DNA of 64,000 nucleotides from an uncultured Gammaproteobacteria bacterium (GTDB lineage Bacteria; Patescibacteriota; Microgenomatia; UBA1406; HO2-37-13b): NCBI GenBank assembly GCA_964612595.1, contig CAZTFB010000001.1, positions 67,058 to 131,057 of the forward strand, read 5' to 3'. Shown piece by piece: positions 56,156 to 64,000 of this stretch (position 1 is its first letter; each line of letters starts with the position of its first letter). The notes under the pieces were generated by a model. It saw only the letters and a program-made list of their open reading frames with translations, ran no database searches and was not told where the DNA came from. The position numbers and the translations under genes were made by a program.

Positions 56156-56227
56156 GCCTCCTTAGCTCAGTGGTAGAGCAACGCTTTTGTAAAGCGTGGG
56201 TCAGAGGTTCAAATCCTCTAGGAGGCT
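56156..56227 (+). tRNA. tRNA-Thr (anticodon UGU)
   Basis: Acceptor GCCTCCT/AGGAGGC, anticodon stem ACGCT/AGCGT, loop TTTGTAA, T-loop TTCAAAT. Confidence 0.9.
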
Positions 56228-56230
56228 CCC

Positions 56231-56304
56231 GTCCTTGTAGCTCATTTGGATAGAGCGGCTCCCTTCTAAGGAGTAGGTAGCAGGTTCGAATCCTGCCAAG
56301 GACA
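56231..56304 (+). tRNA. tRNA-Arg (anticodon UCU)
   Basis: Acceptor GTCCTTG/CAAGGAC, anticodon stem GCTCC/GGAGT, loop CTTCTAA, T-loop TTCGAAT. Confidence 0.9.
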
Positions 56305-56310
56305 CACAGT

Positions 56311-57363
56311 ATGTCACACATAACGCTACCAGGACTTATTGATATTCATGTGCACCTTCGTGACCCAGGTCAAACACATAAGGAAGATTTTTTAACTGGC
56401 ACTTCAGCCGCATTAGCTGGTGGATTTACTATGTTGGCTGACATGCCGAATAATGTGACGCCCATAACAACAGCGCAATTACTGAATGAAAAAATTAATT
56501 GTGCGCGCGAAAAAATAGTGTGTGATCTTGGATTCTATCTTGGTTCTCTTGGGACTAATCTCGAAGAGTTTGGTAAGGTGACTACTACTGCCCTTGGCTT
56601 AAAGTTATATCTCGATATGACTACAGGAGGCTTCATAATTGATGAAAATGCTGTTAACGCGATATATGATGCCTGGGTCAGTCAACAACCTATTCTTTTA
56701 CATTCAGAAGAAGACAAAGTAAGTACACTAGTCTCAGCAGTTAAAAGAACCGGTAAAAAATCGCATTTTTGTCATGTATCGAGCAAACACGAACTGCAAC
56801 AAATTATTAAGGCGAAGGAAGATGGGCTACCAATAACTTGTGGCGTTTGCCCCCATCATCTTTTCTTATCGGAAGATGATATACCTCAGCTTGGTCCTTA
56901 TGGAAGAATGAAACCACTTTTGAAGTCAAAAGCAGATGTGCGATTTCTTTGGGAGCACATAAAATATGTAGATATTATTGAATCCGATCATGCACCTCAT
57001 ACTCGGGATGAAAAGGAATCAGATACACCACCATATGGTGTTCCAGGACTTGAGACAACGCTCCCCTTGATGTTAACAGCTGTTGCAGAAAAACGTATTA
57101 ATAACGACGATATAGTGAGACTCTGCCATACCACCCCCAAAAAAATTCTCGGTCTTTCAGATCAAAAAGACACGTATGTTCAAATTCAAAAAGGCTCATT
57201 TGAAATACGAAATGAAAACCTTTTTACTAAATGTGGCTGGACACCATTCAATGGATACAAAGTTACAGCGAAGATTTCTAAAGTAACACTCAGAGGGTCG
57301 ACAGTTTTTGAAAATGGTAGTATTATTGCTCATCCTGGTTCTGGTAAAATAGTGACACCATGA
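56311..57363 (+). CDS. pyrC: Dihydroorotase (short form)
   Basis: LPGLIDIHVHLRDPGQTHKEDFLTGTSAALAGGFTMLADMPN (metal-binding HxH) and a later DHAPH motif. Confidence 0.85.
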   Translation: MSHITLPGLIDIHVHLRDPGQTHKEDFLTGTSAALAGGFTMLADMPNNVTPITTAQLLNEKINCAREKIVCDLGFYLGSLGTNLEEFGKVTTTALGLKLYLDMTTGGFIIDENAVNAIYDAWVSQQPILLHSEEDKVSTLVSAVKRTGKKSHFCHVSSKHELQQIIKAKEDGLPITCGVCPHHLFLSEDDIPQLGPYGRMKPLLKSKADVRFLWEHIKYVDIIESDHAPHTRDEKESDTPPYGVPGLETTLPLMLTAVAEKRINNDDIVRLCHTTPKKILGLSDQKDTYVQIQKGSFEIRNENLFTKCGWTPFNGYKVTAKISKVTLRGSTVFENGSIIAHPGSGKIVTP

Positions 57364-58442
57364 ACAATTTGCCTTTCTACGATCCTCTCAAATCATACAA
57401 TCAAAACTACAACGAAGGTCCATTCGGAGACTTTGCTACAGCCGAAACCTTTGTAGACCAAGGTGAACCTACCTATGATTTTCTTGGGCATAAAGTATAT
57501 GCGCCATTTGGTATTCCGGCAGGGCCTGTCATAAACAGCAATTTTGTCCGGGGCGCTTTTAATCTAGGATTCGATATTGTTGTTTATAAGACGGTGCGAA
57601 GCGGGACATTTCCCTGTCACCCTTTCCCTAATGTACTATCTGTAGACCTTCAAGCTGACTTAACGCTACAGAAAGCGAAGGAAGAACCTCTCATTGCAAA
57701 TTCCGAGTATAATGAGCCGATTTCTATAACAAATTCATTCGGTGTTCCATCGAAAGAGCCACAAGTATGGCAGGAGGACGTACGCACGTCGCTCACCTAC
57801 GTAAAAAAAGGTCAAGTTTTAGTTCTGAGCTTTATGGGAACTGTGCACGAAGGTCAAACGGAAGAGGAATTTATCAAGGATTTTGTTGAAGCAGCACGCC
57901 TTGCGAAAGAAACTGGCGCGCCAATATTAGAAGTAAATTTATCTTGTCCAAACATTGGGAACGAAGGTCTTGTATGTTACAATCTTTCGGCGACGCGAAA
58001 AATACTTGAGGCGATTCGTAAAGAGATTGGAGATACACCGCTTATTGTTAAAACGGGCTATTTTGAAAATGATGATGCGCTTAAAGAATTCGCTGATATC
58101 GTTCATAAGTATGCCGAGGCTATTGCTGCAATTAATACTATTGCAGCTACTGTTGTTGATAAGGAGGGCAAGCAGGCATTACCTGGTAGTCCCGTCAGAC
58201 TCAAATCAGGTATCTGTGGCGCCGCAATAAAATGGGCAAATATTGATATGGTTACAAAACTCAGTAGTCTTCGTCAGAAACATAGCTATTCGTTCAAAAT
58301 TATTGGCGTGGGTGGGATTATGACGGCACAAGACTATATAGATACAATTCAAGCAGGTGCAGATGCTGCTATGAGTGCAACCGGTGCGATGTGGCATCCT
58401 CGCTTAGCTCAAGAAGTTAAAGTGCTTATTTCCTCGAAATAG
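57360..58442 (+). CDS. pyrD: Dihydroorotate dehydrogenase family protein (class 1-like)
   Basis: ILEVNLSCPN active-site loop, IGVGGI FMN-binding end. ATGA-type overlap with pyrC. Confidence 0.75.
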   Translation: MNNLPFYDPLKSYNQNYNEGPFGDFATAETFVDQGEPTYDFLGHKVYAPFGIPAGPVINSNFVRGAFNLGFDIVVYKTVRSGTFPCHPFPNVLSVDLQADLTLQKAKEEPLIANSEYNEPISITNSFGVPSKEPQVWQEDVRTSLTYVKKGQVLVLSFMGTVHEGQTEEEFIKDFVEAARLAKETGAPILEVNLSCPNIGNEGLVCYNLSATRKILEAIRKEIGDTPLIVKTGYFENDDALKEFADIVHKYAEAIAAINTIAATVVDKEGKQALPGSPVRLKSGICGAAIKWANIDMVTKLSSLRQKHSYSFKIIGVGGIMTAQDYIDTIQAGADAAMSATGAMWHPRLAQEVKVLISSK

Positions 58443-59781
58443 TATAGGTGTATGGGTAATAGAGAAATACTGCAGGCTGCTCATCAGTAACCGTCTTTTG
58501 AAAATCTTCATATATTTTTTCTCTTTGCTTCGTATTAACAATTCGTCTACCGTCTTCAAGTAACTTATCTATCTTCGCATTATTAAACTTAGTTATGTTC
58601 GTGGTTTCTTGGGTAGAATGCCAAAAAAAATATTGATCTGGATCTTTAGGAGGATTCCATGCAGTGAGAAGCATATCAAACGACTCGGGCACTGCAGAAA
58701 CTATCTTTAGATTAATATTTAGACCAATTTTACTCAGTTCGTTCTTAATATCCTCAGCTTGGGATATATAATCATAGAATGTATATAGCGTCAGCTTAGC
58801 AGAATCGGAAGCTGTGACATTCTTCTCGATTAACGCTTTAGCTTTTGTAGGGTTTTGCTGAACCTCCTTAATACCATCGTTAAATGCCCACGAAGTCGGT
58901 GGAATTGGCCCCTTAGCTAATACACCATAATCCGTCATAGGAGGAATAGCCTGAGCAATACCTTTTCGAACATCTCTTTCCTGTAGTGCATTTGATTGTG
59001 TGTTAAAAAAAATACTGACTATTTGATTGTAATCGACTACTCTATCAATTTTCGTGTTTTTCCATGATGATAGTCCTGTTGCAACATTCTTACTTGGTGT
59101 AGAAAAGGAAGTAATTTCTCCTTTTTTATAGGCTGTAACTAGCTCATTTTCAGTTTTATAAAATCGGTACACAAGATATGGTTTACCGGCTGAGTTCGGT
59201 GCTAAATCTATACTTTGAACAATATTTTTTTTTGCAACGTATGATTGAGTTTTGTAATGTGCTCCAATCCCTATTAGTGGAGCTTTTATTACGGGCTTAG
59301 AAAGATATATGGGGAATATGGTAAGTGGTTGTTTCAAGTTAAAATCAATCGTATAATCATCAACAACTTTGATGGTCACATCCTGAAAGTTATACTGTAT
59401 ATCTTGGGCTTTAAATTTTTTTCCATCATACCATAGTAGATCAGTTTTTAGATGAAATCTATATGTCTTACCCTCGTTAAGCACCTCCCAAGAATTTGCC
59501 AAAACCGGCTGTAATTCCCCATTCTTATCTGTGGTTATGAGGGGAATGGATAGGAGATTCGCAATTTCAATAGGAGGATTTTGAATAGGATACTGACCAA
59601 CTATGCCAGTAATCTTCTTGCTTGAAAATATAAGAGAATTAAATAAGGGGAAAAAGTTAATGATAAATACAATACCGAAAAAGGCAGCCACAAAGCTAAT
59701 AACTATAAATCTGAAGTTCTTTCTTGAGAACGAAGTAGCGAACCAATAGTAGTGTCGAACCTTTCTTTGAATTGACTTCAT
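58426..59781 (-). CDS. Family-5 (peptide/nickel type) ABC substrate-binding protein, membrane-anchored; no permease or ATPase partner nearby
   Basis: N-terminal TM anchor. LLWYDGKKFKAQDIQYNF (the W.DG.pfTa.Dv pattern of SBP_bac_5). Confidence 0.6.
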   Translation of the reverse strand: MKSIQRKVRHYYWFATSFSRKNFRFIVISFVAAFFGIVFIINFFPLFNSLIFSSKKITGIVGQYPIQNPPIEIANLLSIPLITTDKNGELQPVLANSWEVLNEGKTYRFHLKTDLLWYDGKKFKAQDIQYNFQDVTIKVVDDYTIDFNLKQPLTIFPIYLSKPVIKAPLIGIGAHYKTQSYVAKKNIVQSIDLAPNSAGKPYLVYRFYKTENELVTAYKKGEITSFSTPSKNVATGLSSWKNTKIDRVVDYNQIVSIFFNTQSNALQERDVRKGIAQAIPPMTDYGVLAKGPIPPTSWAFNDGIKEVQQNPTKAKALIEKNVTASDSAKLTLYTFYDYISQAEDIKNELSKIGLNINLKIVSAVPESFDMLLTAWNPPKDPDQYFFWHSTQETTNITKFNNAKIDKLLEDGRRIVNTKQREKIYEDFQKTVTDEQPAVFLYYPYTYTISRK

Positions 59782-59782
59782 A

Positions 59783-59998
59783 TTATTGCAAAAGGCTGGT
59801 CACAGAGAGAATGAAGAACACAAACACAAGGACTGCTGTAATTCTGAGCATCCATTTCTCAAGACCTCTTCGAGTTTGGAAGTTTCCTCCCATGCCACCC
59901 CACGCACTACCAAGCCCCTCACCTTTTCCTTGGAATAAGGTAAGTACAATGAGTGCGAGTCCTACAACAATTGTCGCGATAAGCAAAAAACTATTCAT
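59783..59998 (-). CDS. secG: Preprotein translocase subunit SecG
   Basis: 71 aa, two TM helices flanking a Gly-rich loop LFQGKGEGLGSAWGGMGG. Confidence 0.8.
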   Translation of the reverse strand: MNSFLLIATIVVGLALIVLTLFQGKGEGLGSAWGGMGGNFQTRRGLEKWMLRITAVLVFVFFILSVTSLLQ

Positions 59999-60018
59999 AC
60001 CTCTATTATAGCATTTGT

Positions 60019-61308
60019 CTAGTCTAATAGATTGCGATTTCTCAAATGTACATGATACTTCTTAGCGAAACGGTGTGACTCATCTCTCATTGATTGGAAA
60101 AGCTTGAACAGTAACCTATATTCAGTAAGATTAACTGGTCTAAAGTTGGATTGGGGGGTAATGATTCTGTCTGGTCGTTTCGCGATAGATATGAGTGGGA
60201 TATCTATACCACGCTCTTTAAAGAGCGTGAAAATGGTTGATAGTTGCGGCCTTCCACCATCAAGCAGTATTAAATCTGGATACGGCCATTCATCATGCTC
60301 TAATCTTCTTTCGAGCGCCTCTCGCATCATACGAATATCTGATATTCCCTCATAATGAACGCCAAACTTTCTAAAATCCTTCTTTGAAAACTGACCATCT
60401 TTGAATACTATCATTGAAGCCGTAGGTTGCTCACCAAACAAATTACTTATGTCGTAACATTCAATTCTATACGTCGCGCTTATTGTTCTGTTAAATCCGT
60501 TCGTAATAAATTTCTGCAGCTCATTCTTTAATTCATCAATATCTATATTAACTCCCAAAGTTTCCTCACTGAATGATCGTTTATCCAACAATACAGAGAA
60601 TTGTAAAAGTTTGTTTCGTACAACTATAGCTTTTTCGAACTCTAAGTTGTCGGCATATTTCTTTAATTCTTGCTCAAGAGATCGCGTAAACACGTTTGAT
60701 TTTCCAGATAGAATACTCATAATTTTGCGAATATTAGACCTATACTGCTTTCTTAGGTTTTCCTTTAGTTGCACGTCGTGTAAGGATTCTATATAGCTTG
60801 GACATGGATTGCATAGACCTATACGAGAGTAAAAACAACCACGTTTTTGTACACTCCCGGCGGTACAAAATGGAACAATTTTTCGCAATTCATATAAGAG
60901 CTTCTCAGTCATAAAGGTCGATTTGAATGGGCCAAAATATATCGAGTTACCATCATTTTCTTTACGAACAGGTCGTATCCAAGAGTAGGGGCTGTTATCT
61001 TTAGATATTTTTATGTATAAATAGTGTTTATCATCCTTCCAAAGAACGTTGTAGCGAGGTTTGTTTTTTTGAATAAGTCGTGCTTCAAGAATCAGAGCAT
61101 CAAAGTTCGAAAGTGTTGTTAAATAGGTAATGTTTGTTGCCTGGTGAACTATTGCTGCTTCTTTCTTGGAGTAACGGGCATGCTGTACGTGTGATTTTAC
61201 ACGTGCTTTGATATTAACCGATTTTCCGATGTATATTGGTTCTTTTGCAAGCCAAAATATATATACACCAATCTGAGAAGGTAGTTCCTCTATGAGTTTT
61301 GAAAGCAT
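60019..61308 (-). CDS. uvrC: Excinuclease ABC subunit C, short form lacking the C-terminal (HhH)2 domain
   Basis: GIY-YIG (GVYIFW..PIYIGKS..KARVKSH), a four-Cys cluster (FC..GC..LCNPC), a UVR domain (LEFEKAIVVRNKL), and an RNase H-like endonuclease domain ending in RDESHRFA. It is 429 aa versus about 600. Confidence 0.8.
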   Translation of the reverse strand: MLSKLIEELPSQIGVYIFWLAKEPIYIGKSVNIKARVKSHVQHARYSKKEAAIVHQATNITYLTTLSNFDALILEARLIQKNKPRYNVLWKDDKHYLYIKISKDNSPYSWIRPVRKENDGNSIYFGPFKSTFMTEKLLYELRKIVPFCTAGSVQKRGCFYSRIGLCNPCPSYIESLHDVQLKENLRKQYRSNIRKIMSILSGKSNVFTRSLEQELKKYADNLEFEKAIVVRNKLLQFSVLLDKRSFSEETLGVNIDIDELKNELQKFITNGFNRTISATYRIECYDISNLFGEQPTASMIVFKDGQFSKKDFRKFGVHYEGISDIRMMREALERRLEHDEWPYPDLILLDGGRPQLSTIFTLFKERGIDIPLISIAKRPDRIITPQSNFRPVNLTEYRLLFKLFQSMRDESHRFAKKYHVHLRNRNLLD

Positions 61309-61310
61309 AG

Positions 61311-63119
61311 TTAATGTTTAGACCGCATTAATAACGAACCAAGGAGAATTCCAATTATACCGATTCCAGCAAGCATAAAAACGAAACCGTTTGTGTTATT
61401 ACTTGAATCAATGAGCACATTTTTAGAAAAAAGCTTGATGCCGTCATATTCTATTACGAATTCGTCAACTTTCTGACTGTTTTGACGTGCTTTAAGTTTA
61501 ATCGTGATTTCTTTTGATTCGTATGGAGCAAGATAGCCTACGTTTATTGCTCCTCCATCCAAAGTAATATATTTAGAGTTCATATTAAGACGAAGAGTAT
61601 AAAAAGAACTGTTGCCAGTGTTTTTTACATATACAGTTGCTTCTTGAAACTCTTGAGGTGAAATTGTTTTAGGTATATCGGCAGAGACTGATAAGCGAGG
61701 TTTGTCTAGTGGACTCTTTGATGCAACAGATACACTTATGTCTTTACTCACTCCTGTTTTATAAAAGCCTGCTGGTAAAGGTGAGACTGGTGATTTGCCG
61801 TGAATTACAAAGGCAATATGATTAACATCAAATCCAGAAAAGTAATCAATGCCTGATGTATCTTCCCATGTCGGATCGACCTGCATCCAGATGTTTTGAG
61901 CAGGCTCATAAAATTCTGGCCATGCGTGTAGTACGTCTGTGACAAGTGATAGAGGGCGAATGCTGTGTTTATTTGAAAATCCATAGCCTTGAATTTCTCT
62001 CGCATAGATACCTTTTTCGCGGGAAAGCGCGATAAACAAATCAGTGAATTCGGTGCATACTGCTAGACTTGGTCTCTTAAGAACTTCTTCTGCACCAACT
62101 CTGTTATTTCCCTTCTCTACCTTGTCTAGTGAATATGAAAGTTCATCGACAACAAATCTATATACATCACGTACATTCTGAATGGAATCTAGACGTTTAT
62201 CTTCTGAAAAAGAACCAAGTTTCCAAAGATCATGTTCAGTCAATAGATATTTCTTTTGTAGTTCAAAACGGGTCTTAATTGTTTCCCTGAGTTCCTCTTG
62301 AGGTTTAGTAAAGACTTCGATGTATGCATCCAAAAGTATTTTCTTTTTTTCCCTTGGTTCAAGCATGTATTCAGCTATGATGTTACCATCATCATCGGTG
62401 AAGACTTTTGTGGGTTCTGGACTAATTGAGTTTATATAAAGCTTCTGATAAAGAGTATCTGGCGGCAGAACAATACGTTCGATACGAGAAAATACCGTTG
62501 TATTCTCAAGATTGTAAGTCAACTTCGTTGTGTACCCCTGTGATGATCCAAAGACTCCGTAGATCGTTCGAACCTTAACATCATTCCATACAATGCGTGT
62601 ACCTTCAATAAGTGATGGAATTGGTTTTGAAATTGAAAGTGTATCGTTGAATGTCGGAGGAAGTAGTAGCTCGACTTGGACTTTTGAGTTTTCATCAGGC
62701 TGAATAAGAGGCAAAATTACCTCAGTGACAAATCCTTGCTGCGAAAAAAGGTCATTAAGTTTGTATGATATTGTTATGAAATGTTCAGCTCTCTGAGCAT
62801 TTGGCTCACTAAACTTAAATGTTACCTTCATACCTGAAGCATTTTCACTTCGAACAAAATCTATTGGACCGGTGCCATCTTGTGCAGAAATTGGCCCAGT
62901 TATAAAGTTTTTAGGAAACGTGAGACTAAACTCATTTATATATAGATCAGCCCTGAGATTTTTAAGATGTACATTGAGTACTACATCCAGGTTCTCATTG
63001 CTATCTGGAGTAAACGTGAAATTATAGTCAACGGTATACGTAGAAGTTTGAGCTCGAGTAGGAAGGGACGAGAAAAGAAATAGCGAGAGACAAGCTAGAA
63101 TCGAGAAAAACCACCTCAT
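61311..63119 (-). CDS. Transglutaminase-like domain surface protein (signal peptide + C-terminal TM anchor)
   Basis: Signal peptide [24 protein letters not shown]. Core [42 protein letters not shown] (Cys-His-Asp). Terminal TM helix. ATGA overlap with the uvrA stop. Confidence 0.75.
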   Translation of the reverse strand: MRWFFSILACLSLFLFSSLPTRAQTSTYTVDYNFTFTPDSNENLDVVLNVHLKNLRADLYINEFSLTFPKNFITGPISAQDGTGPIDFVRSENASGMKVTFKFSEPNAQRAEHFITISYKLNDLFSQQGFVTEVILPLIQPDENSKVQVELLLPPTFNDTLSISKPIPSLIEGTRIVWNDVKVRTIYGVFGSSQGYTTKLTYNLENTTVFSRIERIVLPPDTLYQKLYINSISPEPTKVFTDDDGNIIAEYMLEPREKKKILLDAYIEVFTKPQEELRETIKTRFELQKKYLLTEHDLWKLGSFSEDKRLDSIQNVRDVYRFVVDELSYSLDKVEKGNNRVGAEEVLKRPSLAVCTEFTDLFIALSREKGIYAREIQGYGFSNKHSIRPLSLVTDVLHAWPEFYEPAQNIWMQVDPTWEDTSGIDYFSGFDVNHIAFVIHGKSPVSPLPAGFYKTGVSKDISVSVASKSPLDKPRLSVSADIPKTISPQEFQEATVYVKNTGNSSFYTLRLNMNSKYITLDGGAINVGYLAPYESKEITIKLKARQNSQKVDEFVIEYDGIKLFSKNVLIDSSNNTNGFVFMLAGIGIIGILLGSLLMRSKH

Positions 63120-64000
63120 ATTTGTTCCAACTTTGTTAGATATTGACCAGTATAAGAATGTGTAATACTCATAACTTCATCAGGAGTCCCAGTCGCAACA
63201 ATCTGACCACCTTTATCACCGCCATCTGGGCCCAGATCAATAATGTAGTCCATATTTCTAATTACATCCAAATTATGCTCTATTATTACTACAGTATTAC
63301 CTTTTTGAACAAGCATGTACAGTGCTTGTAACAGCTTATTGATGTCGTACATATGTAATCCGGTAGTTGGTTCATCAAGAATATAAAGCGTGCGCCCAGT
63401 ATCACGTTTTGTGAGTTCATGCGCCAACTTTACTCTTTGTGCTTCACCGCCAGAAAGTGTTGGCGCTGGACGACCGAGCTCTACATATGAAAGGCCGATG
63501 TCTTTTAAAGATTGAAGTTTGTGGACAAGTTGCCTGTGTGCCGCGAAAAAACTTAGAGCTTCATCAACAGTCATTGAAAGAACGTCGTATATATTCTTAT
63601 CTTTGAAGTGAACATCCAAAGTCTCTGAATTATAGCGTTTACCTCCACACACATCACATGTCACATACATATCGGGCAAAAACTGCATCTCGACTTTTAT
63701 TGACCCACCCCCGGCACATTTTTCACATCTTCCACCCTTTACATTAAAGGAAAAACGTCCTTTAGAGTACCCTTTCATCTTGGCGTCGGAACTTTGGGCA
63801 AAGATATCACGTATATGATCAAACGCCCCAATGTATGTTGCTGGATTTGAACGCGGTGTGCGACCGATTGGCGATTGGTCGACAAGATATACCTTATCGA
63901 TATATTGATAACCATCAAGCATATCATACGCACCCAACACACCATCATACTTGCCCTCAAGATTGTATTGCAAAGCTTTATAAAGTGTTTCTATGATGAG
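63116..64000 (-). CDS. uvrA: Excinuclease ABC subunit A, C-terminal part (5' end outside window)
   Basis: Second ABC module: Zn-finger [48 protein letters not shown]. The ORF remains open to the window edge. Confidence 0.95.
   Translation of the reverse strand, partial: LIIETLYKALQYNLEGKYDGVLGAYDMLDGYQYIDKVYLVDQSPIGRTPRSNPATYIGAFDHIRDIFAQSSDAKMKGYSKGRFSFNVKGGRCEKCAGGGSIKVEMQFLPDMYVTCDVCGGKRYNSETLDVHFKDKNIYDVLSMTVDEALSFFAAHRQLVHKLQSLKDIGLSYVELGRPAPTLSGGEAQRVKLAHELTKRDTGRTLYILDEPTTGLHMYDINKLLQALYMLVQKGNTVVIIEHNLDVIRNMDYIIDLGPDGGDKGGQIVATGTPDEVMSITHSYTGQYLTKLEQI

Noticed and set aside
56037-56321. 94-aa minus-strand ORF and 65-aa plus-strand ORF (56056..56253)
   Set aside because: Both read through three hand-verified tRNA genes (Leu-UAA, Thr-UGU, Arg-UCU) and are spurious. 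The same applies to 30850..31041 over tRNA-Leu(UAG) and 39434..39652 over tRNA-Lys.
1-64000. CRISPR arrays, cas genes, reverse transcriptase/DGR template-variable repeat pairs, retrons, intact transposases, rRNA genes
   Set aside because: I found no regularly spaced direct repeats, no RT-like (YxDD) ORF, no DDE/IS ORF and no rRNA-like sequence on reading both strands. Absence is by eye only, and a repeat-finder could still detect diverged repeats.

Overview
Gene-dense, low-GC window (about 40% by eye), standard genetic code. It looks like a streamlined monoderm-type bacterium. From the gene content and the domain-minimised housekeeping proteins I infer a CPR/Patescibacteria-like organism. Left to right: (1) two GT-C-type membrane glycosyltransferase-like genes. 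(2) A complete secretin-less type IV pilus locus: major pilin, pilC-pilT-pilB, and divergently a holB-like gene, four pseudopilins and pilM-pilN-pilO-like. (3) Housekeeping genes: KH protein, rpsP, rnc, nusB, an rpmF missing from the ORF track, recG, and a class A PBP. (4) The classic thrS-infC-rpmI-rplT-pheS-pheT string. Upstream of thrS is a 16-codon leader ORF with four consecutive Thr codons, embedded in a 1:2 / 2:3 / 3:4 alternative-hairpin terminator. This looks like a ribosome-mediated attenuator and is my top finding. (5) A decayed integrative element between thrS and tRNA-Val(GAC), holding a multiply disrupted serine recombinase, a frameshifted replication-relaxation gene, and PLD and HTH fragments. 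(6) A short trigger factor and two lysozyme-like paralogs. (7) A five-gene, translationally coupled carotenoid cluster (crtI-crtB-UbiA prenyltransferase-GT2-polyprenyl synthase). (8) ruvCAB. (9) A second accessory region carrying a 2421-aa membrane-anchored RHS/YD-repeat protein of TcB-TcC-like size. It has a 337-aa C-terminal tip with a papain/transglutaminase-like Cys-His-Asp pattern, no adjacent immunity ORF, and a 5'-truncated serine recombinase remnant next to it. (10) pyrC, pyrD, an orphan solute-binding protein, secG, and uvrA-[transglutaminase-like surface protein]-uvrC. There are ten tRNA genes. I saw no rRNA, CRISPR array, reverse transcriptase/DGR or intact transposase. Many genes have a TATAAT-like box 6-10 nt before the start codon and no Shine-Dalgarno sequence, which suggests leaderless mRNAs.
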